A stretch of 64,000 bases of DNA from Microcoleus sp. Its GTDB lineage: Bacteria; Cyanobacteriota; Cyanobacteriia; Cyanobacteriales; Microcoleaceae. How positions within the stretch are numbered: position 1 is the first letter of the stretch; each line of letters starts with the position of its first letter. The position numbers and the translations under genes are program-made. The DNA lies in contig CP181291.1 in assembly GCA_052279835.1 (NCBI GenBank), positions 3,424,001-3,488,000 of the forward strand. Direction: 5' to 3'. This document shows, one piece after another, positions 49,047 through 58,732 of this stretch. The notes under the pieces are model-generated. The model was not told the origin of the DNA and searched no databases. It saw only the letters and a program-made list of their open reading frames with translations.

Positions 49047-49369
49047 CACAAGAAACTATTTTTGAAGAAAGCAGTGGTAATGTATTTGCTGACCTTGGAT
49101 TGGCAGATGCTGATGAACTTTTTGCGCGAGGTAAAATCGGAATTCAGGTACTTCGTCTGTTGAGACAGCGCAACTTAGAACAGCGTGAAATGAGCGAATT
49201 ACTGGGGATTCCACAACTAGAAATCTCTCATTTAATGAACGGAGAGTTTCAGCGCTTCAGCGAAGGAAAACTACTGATTTTCCTGAAGCGACTCGATACG
49301 GAAATCACCTTACATATTCGCCCTCGTAATGCGGGAAATCAATCTGCTGAAACTGTGATATTGCTATAG
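49043..49369 (+). CDS. XRE-family HTH antitoxin (HigA-like)
   Basis: SSGNVFADLG, HTH QREMSELLGIPQLEISHL; ATGA overlap with the toxin stop. Confidence 0.9.
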   Translation: MTQETIFEESSGNVFADLGLADADELFARGKIGIQVLRLLRQRNLEQREMSELLGIPQLEISHLMNGEFQRFSEGKLLIFLKRLDTEITLHIRPRNAGNQSAETVILL

Positions 49370-49381
49370 GAGTTTGGGAAA

Positions 49382-49419
49382 CCGATCGCCTTTTTGATTT
49401 TTTTCGCAAAGGCGATCGG
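49382..49419. terminator. Hairpin between convergent genes (CCGATCGCCTTT...AAAGGCGATCGG)
   Basis: 12-bp inverted repeat built on CGATCG cores. Confidence 0.5.
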
Positions 49420-49441
49420 GGACTTCTAGCTTTTATCTATT

Positions 49442-49705
49442 TCACTCGTCTGTGTCATCTTTCTGCAAGGCTGTCAGGATTTGAAAGCACAGCTTGAGCA
49501 GAAACAGCAGCAATCCTGCGTGGGGATTGAGGCAAGTGGCAACGCCCACCACTGCAAACTCGATTACTTTGAGCCATTTTTTCTTATTTGAAATCTTCAT
49601 GTTGGTCATCTTTGTTGAAACTCTCAACAATCTGCCAAATGCAAGATAGGAGGCTGGTTTTAGATCCGATCGCCCACCGCTCAGGTTATGTACAAGTTTG
49701 TCCAA
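49442..49705 (-). CDS. Possible small hydrophobic protein divergent from the NACHT gene (true start likely ATG at about 49600 or 49609)
   Basis: Basic N-terminus, two hydrophobic stretches and an acidic C-terminus; no recognisable family. Confidence 0.4.
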   Translation of the reverse strand: MDKLVHNLSGGRSDLKPASYLAFGRLLRVSTKMTNMKISNKKKWLKVIEFAVVGVATCLNPHAGLLLFLLKLCFQILTALQKDDTDE

Positions 49706-49749
49706 GTTACGATCGCGCCGCTATAATTGGAGAAACCTGAAACCACTAC

Positions 49750-52065
49750 ATGACGGAACCTAGCGGGCGATCTCTCAAGCTATCGCCAACTCAACTAAAA
49801 AACGCGAACATCGCATTAGCAAAATTTGGTAGCAAATCCGATTTGGCTGCTGAATTACAAATGTCGCGTAACACCATCAACAAATTTTTCAAAGGTGAAG
49901 CTGTTCAGCGCAAGCAGTTTCTTTGCATCTGCAAAAAGCTCAAACTGAAATGGGAACCCGACGATGAACAGGTTCAGGACAAAGGTAAACCACCGAATTC
50001 ACTGTCAGATCCGCCTGCGGAGAGCCTGAAAGATGATATTGATGTCTTAGTTCAGCAAGTACGATCGCGCCTTCACGATGACATTCAACAGTGGCACAGC
50101 ACCATGCCACTTTGGGGGATCGATCGTTGGGTGCCTTTGGGTGACTTGTTTGTGGATGTCAATATTCTGGAGAAGCTGAGCAGTAGCGACAAGTCGGAAT
50201 ACGATGATTTGTGCCAAGATTTCATGAACAATCCCAGCCATCGAGGTTTAGATCGCATTGGTTTGGGCAAGGAACAGAAACGAGTGCCGGGGTTAGAAGT
50301 GCTGGCGAAGAATACAAACCTGATGGTGGTTGGCAAACCTGGTTCTGGAAAAACCACGTATTTGCAGCGAGTGGTGACGGAGTGCAACGCAGGGAATTTA
50401 CAAGCGCACCGGATTCCGGTTTTGATTAAACTGCGAAATTTTGTCGAGGATGGGCGTGAGGTTGCCTATTCGCTAGAGCGTTATCTAGAGGGATGCTGGC
50501 GGTTATCGGATGCAGAAACTCAATTGATATTCGATCGAGGTCGAGCGCTAGTGTTGCTGGATGGATTGGATGAGGTGACGGGAGAAGATGGGAAGAACAT
50601 CGCCAAAGAAATCAAGCGGTTTGCTCGTACTTATCCGCAGGTGCAGGTAATTGTAACTTGTCGGACGCAGAGTCAGGAATCGCGGTTTGAGCGGTTTGAT
50701 TATGTGGAAGTAGCTGATTTTAATGAGTCGCAGGTGCGGGCTTTTGCCCAACATTGGTTTAAGGCGGTGATGGGGGATGAGTCAGCAGGATTGGTAAAAG
50801 CGCGAGAGTTTTTAGAACAACTATTTTTAGAGGCAAATAAGCCGATTCGGGAGTTAGCGATTACGCCGATTTTGCTGAGTTTGACTTGTGCAGTGTTTCA
50901 TCAGACGGGGAAGTTTTACTCGAAGCGTTCCAAGCTTTATGAAGAAGGGTTGGAGTTGCTGCTGGAACAGTGGGACAAGTCGCGGGAGATCGATCGGGAT
51001 GAGATTTATCGCGATTTGTCGGTGGAGCGAAAGCTGGAGTTATTGAGCTTTCTGGCAGTGAAGAAGTTTGAGCAAGAGCAATATGTGTTGTTTGAGCAGG
51101 CGGAGATTGAGGGTTATATTGCGGAGTTTTTGGGGATTGGGCAGCGGGATAGTCTGGTGGTATTGAGGGCGATGGAAGCGCAGCATGGGTTGTTGATTGA
51201 GCGAAGTCAGAAAGTTTGGTCGTTTTCACACCTGACGTTTCAGGAGTATTTAGTAGCAAAGTTGTTTTGTTCTGAGGCAAATTGGGAAGGTATTGTTATT
51301 CATATGACAGAACCAAGCTGGAGAGAAGTTTTTATAATATTGGTTGGAATTTTAGAAAATGCTGGTAATTTTTTGTTATTCATGAAGCATGAAATTGACA
51401 GAAGTATTGCCATACATAAAGAGTTACAGCAATTATTGACCTGGCTCGATCAGAAATCATCTTCTGTGACAACGCCTTATAAAATTGCAGCCGTAAGAGC
51501 TTTTTACTTGCGTTTATCTGTTGCTTTGACTATTGAACCTAGAATGATAGCTGATATATCTGTTGCAAAATCGATCGATCCTAAATTCGATACTGAGCAT
51601 CCTGAAATTCAAATTGATGTATCGCTAAGCTTTGATATTTGTAGCCCTTATGCTCTTTCTGTATCTTGTGATCCAAGTTCACTTTTTTGCGATTCTCTGA
51701 GATACAACTATGAGTTAGCTTGCAAACTCAATATCGAGCAAAAATTTGCTATTAATCTTTACGAGCTTTTTAAGCAAGTTCCCATAAGTTCAAATAAGTT
51801 TGAAAATTGGTGGGTTTTAGAAAGTCGTAGTTGGGTTCAAAAAGTAAAAAATCTCATGGTTATTTACCGTAATATCGGGAACAACTGGCAACTCAATGAA
51901 GTCCAAAAACAAGTATTGCAAAAATATGAGTATGATAACAAATTGCTAGCTGATTGTCTAAATAGTAATTGTACATTAAATAATGAAACGAGGGAGTTAA
52001 TTGAGGAAACATTATTACTCCCGATCGCCGAAATCGAAAAACGCAAACGTGAAAAAGCCGAGTAG
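49750..52065 (+). CDS. NACHT-domain NTPase with N-terminal HTH and cyanobacterial C-terminal helical domain
   Basis: HTH SKSDLAAELQMSRNTINKFF, Walker A GKPGSGKTT, Walker B LLDGLDEV, TCR, TPILL, FSHLTFQEY and W.EV; ends IEETLLLP. Confidence 0.93.
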   Translation: MTEPSGRSLKLSPTQLKNANIALAKFGSKSDLAAELQMSRNTINKFFKGEAVQRKQFLCICKKLKLKWEPDDEQVQDKGKPPNSLSDPPAESLKDDIDVLVQQVRSRLHDDIQQWHSTMPLWGIDRWVPLGDLFVDVNILEKLSSSDKSEYDDLCQDFMNNPSHRGLDRIGLGKEQKRVPGLEVLAKNTNLMVVGKPGSGKTTYLQRVVTECNAGNLQAHRIPVLIKLRNFVEDGREVAYSLERYLEGCWRLSDAETQLIFDRGRALVLLDGLDEVTGEDGKNIAKEIKRFARTYPQVQVIVTCRTQSQESRFERFDYVEVADFNESQVRAFAQHWFKAVMGDESAGLVKAREFLEQLFLEANKPIRELAITPILLSLTCAVFHQTGKFYSKRSKLYEEGLELLLEQWDKSREIDRDEIYRDLSVERKLELLSFLAVKKFEQEQYVLFEQAEIEGYIAEFLGIGQRDSLVVLRAMEAQHGLLIERSQKVWSFSHLTFQEYLVAKLFCSEANWEGIVIHMTEPSWREVFIILVGILENAGNFLLFMKHEIDRSIAIHKELQQLLTWLDQKSSSVTTPYKIAAVRAFYLRLSVALTIEPRMIADISVAKSIDPKFDTEHPEIQIDVSLSFDICSPYALSVSCDPSSLFCDSLRYNYELACKLNIEQKFAINLYELFKQVPISSNKFENWWVLESRSWVQKVKNLMVIYRNIGNNWQLNEVQKQVLQKYEYDNKLLADCLNSNCTLNNETRELIEETLLLPIAEIEKRKREKAE

Positions 52066-52234
52066 GCCGATTCTACTAAATATCTGGAGCGATCGGATGT
52101 TTTTTATTGAGTTATTCAATCCGCGACAGCCAAAGGAGTGAAATGACTCTCTAAATTTTTGTCCCTCAATCAATCTGTAGCAAATCCTGTCAAATTGTGT
52201 TAAAATATAACTAGATATCAACCTTTCATAACTA

Positions 52235-52654
52235 ATGTCTAGACGCGATAATTTACATCTATCCCTGCGCCACACTCTCGAAAAAGATGGGTGGACAATT
52301 ACTGATGATCCGTTGATATTAGTGTTAGAACAAACGCTCTTGAAACCTGATTTAGGAGCAGAAAAATTTTTCGCAGCAGAAAAAGACGAACGGAAAATAG
52401 CTGTGGAAATTAAAGACTTCGACTCTCCTTCAGTAATTAATGAACTGGAAAAAACAATGGGACAGCTTCAGCTTTACCAATGGGCTTTGGATGAGCAAGA
52501 ATCCAAGCGGCAGTTGTTTATAGCGATCGCTCAAACCATCTATATTCGACATTTCCAAAAACCAATTTTTCAACTAGCCGTTCAACGGAATAGAATTAAC
52601 TTATTAGTTTACGAACCAGAGCAGGAGGCTATTGTTCAATGGATCGCTCACTAA
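52235..52654 (+). CDS. xisH: XisH family protein (PD-(D/E)xK fold)
   Basis: LEKDGWTITDDPL, DLGAEK, KIAVEIK and GQ..LY. Confidence 0.92.
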   Translation: MSRRDNLHLSLRHTLEKDGWTITDDPLILVLEQTLLKPDLGAEKFFAAEKDERKIAVEIKDFDSPSVINELEKTMGQLQLYQWALDEQESKRQLFIAIAQTIYIRHFQKPIFQLAVQRNRINLLVYEPEQEAIVQWIAH

Positions 52655-52986
52655 ATTATGCAGATATCCTGAAACAAACCCTACAAGAAGCAACACGATC
52701 GCAACCTCGCTTACAAGCGATTCAGCTTTATCCTGTCTGCGATACCGATTCAGGCCATTTCCTGATTGTCGCTACAGGCTGGGACAAGCAACGCTGGATG
52801 GACACGATTCTGTTTCACGCTCGCTTGGTCGATCGCCATGTCATCATTGAAGAAGATAACTTTGAGGAAGGGTTAAGCGCTGCACTGATTGTCGCAGGTA
52901 TCCAACCAGAGCATATTATGACTGGTCTTGATTATCAAAATAGTGCTAGCGAGCGTCGTGTTTCAGGCGGTGTAGCGATTTTTTGA
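52639..52986 (+). CDS. xisI: XisI family protein
   Basis: D..SGHFL...GW, IEED.FEEG...L..AGI.P..I; overlaps the xisH end. Confidence 0.88.
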   Translation: MDRSLNYADILKQTLQEATRSQPRLQAIQLYPVCDTDSGHFLIVATGWDKQRWMDTILFHARLVDRHVIIEEDNFEEGLSAALIVAGIQPEHIMTGLDYQNSASERRVSGGVAIF

Positions 52987-53084
52987 TATACAAATCTTGT
53001 TGATGATGCGATCGCTACTCAAACTATCGATCGATCGCCCATTTGTTACAATCACAGCAAGTCTCATCCTCACATCACCGAAGT

Positions 53085-53436
53085 ATGCAAATTATCCTAG
53101 AAGTCCCCGATCGCCTCGGCGAACAACTGCACGCATTGGGCGATCGCCTCCCAGAAGCCCTCGATCGCGCACTCCAGGAAACTCACCTCCCCAGAAACCA
53201 TCTCCTACCAAGACGATCGCCAAATCGTCGAACTGCTTGCGAGTCAACCCAGCCCAGAAGTCATCCTCGCCATCCGCCCCACGCCTGCATTACAAACCCG
53301 CATGAGCGAATTGCTCGATCGCAATAAATCCAGCACTCTCTCGCGATCGGAAGAAGTTGAACTCGATCGATATTTGCTCCTAGAACATTGGGTGCGCTTA
53401 GCAAAAGCTCATGCCTACAAATACTTATCGATCTAG
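53085..53436 (+). CDS. Small hypothetical (antitoxin-like) protein split by a +1 frameshift at about 53179-53181
   Basis: Removing one A of GGAAA gives one ~116-aa ORF: MQIILEVPDRLGEQL...IVELLASQPSPEVILAIRPTPALQTRMSELLDRNK...ELDRYLLLEHWVRLAKAHA. Confidence 0.7.
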
Positions 53437-53586
53437 AAAACATTGCTATTATTGATTCAATAACTCGACCAATACAATATACCTAAAAAAACTTAAATGT
53501 CCAGCGATACATGGTTTATTTCAATAAACTGTGCCTTGAGTATGCTTAAATAAAAGTTTAGACACTCGCTAACCATATTTAAACCA

Positions 53587-54465
53587 GTGAACTTTCAATC
53601 AGTCATTGCCACCTTAAACAAATTCTGGAGCGATCGAGGATGCCTGATCGCCCAATCCTACGACACAGAAAAAGGTGCAGGCACCATGAATCCCCACACC
53701 TTTCTCAGAGCCATTGGGCCCGAACCTTGGTCAGTCGCCTACGTAGAACCCTGTCGCCGCCCCACCGACGGACGCTACGGCGAGAATCCCAATCGCTTTC
53801 AACATTACTATCAATATCAAGTCCTGATTAAACCATCTCCTCCTAATATCCAAGACATCTATTTAGACTCCCTCAGAGCATTAGGAATTCGCCCAGAAGA
53901 CCATGACATTCGTTTCGTAGAAGACAACTGGGAATCGCCTACCCTCGGAGCTTGGGGTGTGGGCTGGGAAGTCTGGCTAGACGGTATGGAAATCACTCAA
54001 TTTACCTATTTTCAACAGTGCGGTAGCATTGATTGTCGTCCGGTTTCCATTGAAATTACCTACGGACTAGAACGGCTGGCAATGTATCTGCAAGAAGTCG
54101 ATGCGATGACTAAAATTCAGTGGAAAGATGGCATCACTTACGGTGACGTTCACCTGCAAGGGGAAATTGAACAATGTACTTACAACTTTGAAGCTTCTAA
54201 TCCTGAATTGCTGTTTACGCTGTTTGGACTCTACGAACAAGAGGCGGAACAATTGACGCAAAAAGGATTAGTTTTGCCTAGTCTTGATTACGTGCTAAAA
54301 TGTTCGCATACTTTCAATTTACTTGATGCTAGAGGTGTGATTTCGGTAACAGAAAGAACTCGCTACATTACCAAAATTCGGAATTTGGCGCGGCGCGTCG
54401 CTCAGCTTTATTTGGAACAGCGGGAACATTTGGGTTTTCCTTTGGAAAAAGGAGTGAAGGTTTGA
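53587..54465 (+). CDS. glyQ: Glycine--tRNA ligase alpha subunit
   Basis: [36 protein letters not shown] and ITYGLERL. Confidence 0.98.
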   Translation: MNFQSVIATLNKFWSDRGCLIAQSYDTEKGAGTMNPHTFLRAIGPEPWSVAYVEPCRRPTDGRYGENPNRFQHYYQYQVLIKPSPPNIQDIYLDSLRALGIRPEDHDIRFVEDNWESPTLGAWGVGWEVWLDGMEITQFTYFQQCGSIDCRPVSIEITYGLERLAMYLQEVDAMTKIQWKDGITYGDVHLQGEIEQCTYNFEASNPELLFTLFGLYEQEAEQLTQKGLVLPSLDYVLKCSHTFNLLDARGVISVTERTRYITKIRNLARRVAQLYLEQREHLGFPLEKGVKV

Positions 54466-54703
54466 GAATGAAGAGGGACGCGACACGGATACACGGATGA
54501 ATTGAGTTGCGATCGCCCTGGAGTCATACCAATTTTATAGGTCCTTGCATAGAATTCCGATCCCCCCTAACCCCCCTTAATCAGGGGGGGACAAGAATCG
54601 GATCTTTCCTCTTTTTTCCCCCCTTGGGGGGGGGTAGGGGGGGGTGGGGATGGGATGGAGATCGAAATATGTACAATTTTTTGAGATATTTTAAATTAAT
54701 TCA

Positions 54704-55471
54704 ATGCTTAATTATTCTGAAAATCATCCAGAAACCACTCCTCTATTGCGAGTTGATAATGTAAGTTTTAAAACACCGATCGCCTCCAGTTACTTGCTGG
54801 AAAATATATCCTTTGAGGTAACTCAGGGCGATCGCGTGGCGATTGTGGGCCCTTCTGGTGCGGGGAAAACTACCCTGTTGCGGCTGCTAAACCGACTTAG
54901 CAGCCCTACCAGTGGCTCGATTTATCTGGAAAATCAGGAATATCGGCAAATAGGGGCGATCGAACTTCGCCGACAAATCACCCTTGTTATTCAAGAATCG
55001 AAGCTGTTGGGAATGTCTGTGCGAGAAGCACTCGCCTATCCTTTGAAGTTGCGGGGCGTGAATCCATCAAACATTGCAGAGAGAATTAGTGGGGCGATCG
55101 CACAATTGCACATACCCGAAGAATGGCTGACACGCACGGAATTGCAACTCTCAGTAGGCCAAAAACAACTGGTGGCCATCGCACGGGCGATCGTCCTCCA
55201 ACCCAAAATCTTGCTCTTAGACGAGCCCACATCCGCCCTAGATGCCGGCAAATCCCACCACCTGATGCAGGTACTCACCGAGTTAACGAACAGCAAAATG
55301 ACTATTTTAATGGTAAATCACCAATTAGAATTAGCTCAGGAATTTGCAACCAGAGTTTTATATTTACAGCGTGGTCAACTCCTGGAAAATTCTATTTCTA
55401 CTAAAATGAATTGGGGGGAAATGCGGCAAAATTTAATCAAAGCAGAAGCGGAATCACAACAAGAATGGTGA
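54704..55471 (+). CDS. ABC transporter ATP-binding protein
   Basis: GPSGAGKTT, LSVGQKQ, LLLDEPTSALD and VNH. Confidence 0.92.
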   Translation: MLNYSENHPETTPLLRVDNVSFKTPIASSYLLENISFEVTQGDRVAIVGPSGAGKTTLLRLLNRLSSPTSGSIYLENQEYRQIGAIELRRQITLVIQESKLLGMSVREALAYPLKLRGVNPSNIAERISGAIAQLHIPEEWLTRTELQLSVGQKQLVAIARAIVLQPKILLLDEPTSALDAGKSHHLMQVLTELTNSKMTILMVNHQLELAQEFATRVLYLQRGQLLENSISTKMNWGEMRQNLIKAEAESQQEW

Positions 55472-55539
55472 ATTTTCAATCAACGGTAGAAGATTGTTTA
55501 TTTGTTGCTGATGTTTCCTTTTTGGAACACTTATATTTA

Positions 55540-57205
55540 GGGCTTGCTGAATAATCGATCGCACTTGACGTGGCATGGATTAAGAACTGGTGCGATCGAC
55601 AGTCAGGTGCAAAAAAAACAGGTAAAATAGATCAAAACTCGTGCATCACCATCTGCGATCGTGTATCGAAAAGCTGAGCTTGCTCACCCCTCACCCTCCG
55701 ACTTTGAACTCCCCTCATGTGGAAAGTTGTCAGCAGATAACCGTTGGGTAAAAATGGCCCAAATAATCCCGTGGTCTGAATTTGAATCAGAATATGCGGC
55801 CAACTTCCCCACAGAAAAGGGGGCTCCTGCTAAATGCTTTAGGATGGCATTGGGGGCATTAATTATTAAAGAAAAATTAGGAATTAGCGATCGTGAAACA
55901 GTAGAACAGATCCGTGAAAACCCCTATCTGCAATACTTCATCGGTCAATCAAGCTACAGCAACGAACTCGCATTTGACCCATCACTCTTAGTACACTTTC
56001 GGCAACGAATTAGTCCCAATCTAATTAATCAAGTGAACGAACGCATGGTCAAAAAAATGCGAGAACTCACGCCAGTCAAACCTGAAAAAAAAAAGGATCC
56101 GGACGCCAAAAATGAGTTATCCAATCGCGGCCAATTGATCGTAGATGCAACCTGCGCCCCAGCCGACATTAGTTATCCGACCGACTTAGGACTATTAAAC
56201 AGAGCCAGAGTTCATACAGAAAAAATCCTAGACATTCTGTATAAACAAATTAAAGAAAACACCACTAAAAAACCAAGAACCTACCGTAATCTAGCGAGGA
56301 AAGACTACTTAGCAGTAGCCAAACAACGACGACCGACCAAAAACAAAAAAAGACAAGCAATTAAAAAACAACTTCAATACATAAAAAGAAACCTAGCTCA
56401 TATTGAACAGCTAATCGATTCAGGTGCGAGCCTAGAAGCTCTGAATAAAAAGCAATATAAAACCTTGTTAGTCCTGACAGAGGTCTATCGCCAACAGCAA
56501 TGGTTATTTGACAATAATAAACAGAGTATTGAGGATAGAATAGTAAGTTTAAGCCAACCCCATATCCGTCCCATAGTCAGAGGAAAAGCAGGAAAAAGCG
56601 TAGAATTTGGAGCCAAAATATCAGCCAGTTGTTTTGAGGGATATGTATTTTTAGACCGGATGAGCTGGGATAACTTTAACGAATCAGGGGACTTAAAAAC
56701 ACAAGTAGAAGCATATCATAAATTCACAGGGTATTATCCAGAGTCAGTTCATGCAGATCGCATTTACCGAAATCGGGAAAACCGAGCATGGTGTAAAGAA
56801 AAAGGCATTAGGCTGAGTGGGCCGCCATTAGGAAGACCGCCAGCAAATGTGAGTAAATCAAAAAAGAGGCAAGCGTTGGAAGATGAGAGGATTAGAAATG
56901 CCATTGAGGGCAAGTTTGGGCAAGGAAAACGAAGATTCGGTCTCAATCGAGTGATGGCAAAACTTGATAATACATCTGGTACAGTTATTGCAATTACTTT
57001 TTTGGTAATGAACCTTGCTACCTGGTGGCGCCGGGTTTTTTGTGTGTTTTTATGTCTATTTGGAAAAAGAACACCTGTTTTTGGCTTGAATATAATCTAC
57101 AATTATAACTGGGTGGAATCAATGCCGAAACAACTTATAGTTAACTCTGCTTGAATATATCGATCGCTCCTGCTCTTGGTTGGCGATCGATTATTCAGCA
57201 AACCC
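55540..57205 (+). mobile_element. IS5-family insertion sequence with 23-bp terminal inverted repeats and a 6-bp target duplication (TATTTA)
   Basis: Left TIR GGGCTTGCTGAATAATCGATCGC (55540-55562), right TIR GCGATCGATTATTCAGCAAACCC (57183-57205), one mismatch. TATTTA at 55534-55539 and 57206-57211. Confidence 0.9.
55661..57154 (+). CDS. IS5 family DDE transposase
   Basis: ENPYLQYFIG (DUF772-like), IVDAT, RGKAGKSVEFGAK, HADRIY and RNAIEGKFG..KRRFGL. Confidence 0.92.
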   Translation: MYRKAELAHPSPSDFELPSCGKLSADNRWVKMAQIIPWSEFESEYAANFPTEKGAPAKCFRMALGALIIKEKLGISDRETVEQIRENPYLQYFIGQSSYSNELAFDPSLLVHFRQRISPNLINQVNERMVKKMRELTPVKPEKKKDPDAKNELSNRGQLIVDATCAPADISYPTDLGLLNRARVHTEKILDILYKQIKENTTKKPRTYRNLARKDYLAVAKQRRPTKNKKRQAIKKQLQYIKRNLAHIEQLIDSGASLEALNKKQYKTLLVLTEVYRQQQWLFDNNKQSIEDRIVSLSQPHIRPIVRGKAGKSVEFGAKISASCFEGYVFLDRMSWDNFNESGDLKTQVEAYHKFTGYYPESVHADRIYRNRENRAWCKEKGIRLSGPPLGRPPANVSKSKKRQALEDERIRNAIEGKFGQGKRRFGLNRVMAKLDNTSGTVIAITFLVMNLATWWRRVFCVFLCLFGKRTPVFGLNIIYNYNWVESMPKQLIVNSA

Positions 57206-57334
57206 TATTTATTCCGGTTGTATCGGAATTATTAAACCACAGAGGACACAGAGGACACAGAGAAAGAGAAGAGAGAAATAGTAATTCCGATGTTAACGGA
57301 TTTGATATTAAATATCACTTAAACTCTCTATTTT

Positions 57335-58384
57335 CTAGCCTAGAAAAGTGAGACCTACAGGAGGACTAAACGGATTTGTCATCGGAATCTGTTGCAGATT
57401 TAGATTCGCTCCGCCCTGAATTCGGGCTATTGTATCTCCCGATGTTTGAATTAATAAGTCTCCCCCTGATGGACTGATGGTAAGTTGATCGAAGCTTTCC
57501 GCAAGTTGGAGAAAATCTTTTCCTTTTTCAAAGTTGACAATCCTGGCCTCACCACTCCCTGCATAGAAACTAATCCGGCTGAGAAAATTACGTCGGCCAT
57601 TGGGAACACCATCTCCGAGGACGAAGTAATCAGTACCAGCAGTGCCAATTAATGTATCGAATTCATTAGTCGTCGTAAAAGGCTCTCTCAAGATGTCATC
57701 CAATTTCAAAGTATCATATTTATTCTTATTAATACCAAAGGGTGGATTAGGGCCGGCGAAAGCTACTTGCAGCCCTGTAATTTGATTTTTTCCGGCTGTA
57801 AATCCCGTGACAATATCATTGCCGTTAGTTCCAGTAAAAAATCCGAATCGAATAGGCTCAAATTGCCCAAATTTTAGATAATGTTCTCGACCAGTTTTCA
57901 AAGTTCCAGTCGCCACAACTGCCGCAACATCTGGGTTATCTGACAAGTAACGCGGTTCAAAGAAACTTGTCCCATATCTACCTTCTGTGTTTCCGAATTT
58001 GATAAAGTGCTGAAAGCCAGATTTAAAAGTTCCACTCTCGACGAAGGGAGTTATATCGGGGTGGCGCTTTAAGTAAAAAACTTCGTCGTAGTCAGGCGAT
58101 ACTCGCGTGCGGCCTTCTTCGTAACCAAACTGGATGAAGTGGTCTAAACCTGAAACAAACTGTCGATTTTGGTTGGTGGCAGTGCGAATAAAGGGTGCAA
58201 GGTCTTGATTTTGAGCTAGATAGGTATCTTCGTCAAAATACCGCGATATTTTGGTGAGACCGGCGGCTTGACCGAATTTTTCAAAGTGTTCTCTGCCGGA
58301 TTTGATGATGCCTGCATCAATGGCTGGTTTCAGCCACGGATATTGCGACAGGTAGTATTTTTCGTCAAAAATATCATAATTCAT
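57335..58384 (-). CDS. Putative secreted Ca-binding/RTX-like surface protein, paralogue 3 (divergent C-terminus)
   Basis: Four F.E..YL...PD.....G...SG..HF..FG..EGR repeats, then GTNGNDIVTG and FDTLIGTAGTDYFVLG; no signal peptide. Confidence 0.7.
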   Translation of the reverse strand: MNYDIFDEKYYLSQYPWLKPAIDAGIIKSGREHFEKFGQAAGLTKISRYFDEDTYLAQNQDLAPFIRTATNQNRQFVSGLDHFIQFGYEEGRTRVSPDYDEVFYLKRHPDITPFVESGTFKSGFQHFIKFGNTEGRYGTSFFEPRYLSDNPDVAAVVATGTLKTGREHYLKFGQFEPIRFGFFTGTNGNDIVTGFTAGKNQITGLQVAFAGPNPPFGINKNKYDTLKLDDILREPFTTTNEFDTLIGTAGTDYFVLGDGVPNGRRNFLSRISFYAGSGEARIVNFEKGKDFLQLAESFDQLTISPSGGDLLIQTSGDTIARIQGGANLNLQQIPMTNPFSPPVGLTFLG

Positions 58385-58528
58385 CGTTGTTTTTGTAAGA
58401 AAGTAAATTGCGATCGATTTGGCGAGTTGCCGGAATAGGAAAGTGCGATCGCCCATTTTGCGAATGTGCGATCGTACCGACAGCAGGAATCAGGCAAATT
58501 CTGAATATCTTCGAGATTTCTATCCAAT

Positions 58529-58557
58529 TCAGACTTTCTCAAGCCGTTTTAAGTTCC
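58529..58557 (-). promoter_or_regulatory. Putative ECF (sigmaE/SigG-type) promoter GGAACTT-N16-GTCTGA upstream of paralogue 3
   Basis: Matches the RpoE-type -35/-10 consensus with a 16-bp spacer; related site at 60904-60932. Confidence 0.55.
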
Positions 58558-58575
58558 TGATCAAATATCATTTAA

Positions 58576-58631
58576 CTATCCGATCGTGAAATTACCATTA
58601 CCGTTTCGTAAAAAATTGTGTAGTTAGCCAT
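58576..58631 (-). pseudogene. Collapsed remnant of a fourth paralogue (5' end fused directly to 3' end)
   Basis: ATG GCT AAC TAC ACA ATT TTT TAC GAA (cf. MANYAIFDE) abuts AAC GGT AAT GGT AAT TTC ACG ATC GGA TAG (cf. NGNGTFLIG*). Confidence 0.75.
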
Positions 58632-58732
58632 ATTTTTACCTCGAATCACGAAAAAGTCATCAATCATCGGCGTTACCTAATAACTAATGACCAATGACTA
58701 ATGACTAATGACCAATGACCAATGATTAATGA

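Noticed and set aside
52235..52986. fdxN excision element implied by xisH/xisI
   Set aside because: No XisF-type serine recombinase or interrupted nif gene is present. xisH/xisI pairs are common stand-alone multicopy modules in filamentous cyanobacteria.
37106..53436. Prophage or integrative element
   Set aside because: No integrase, phage structural genes, tRNA target or flanking att repeats were seen.
53587..54465. glyQ lacking an adjacent glyS
   Set aside because: Separation of the two subunit genes is ordinary in cyanobacteria.
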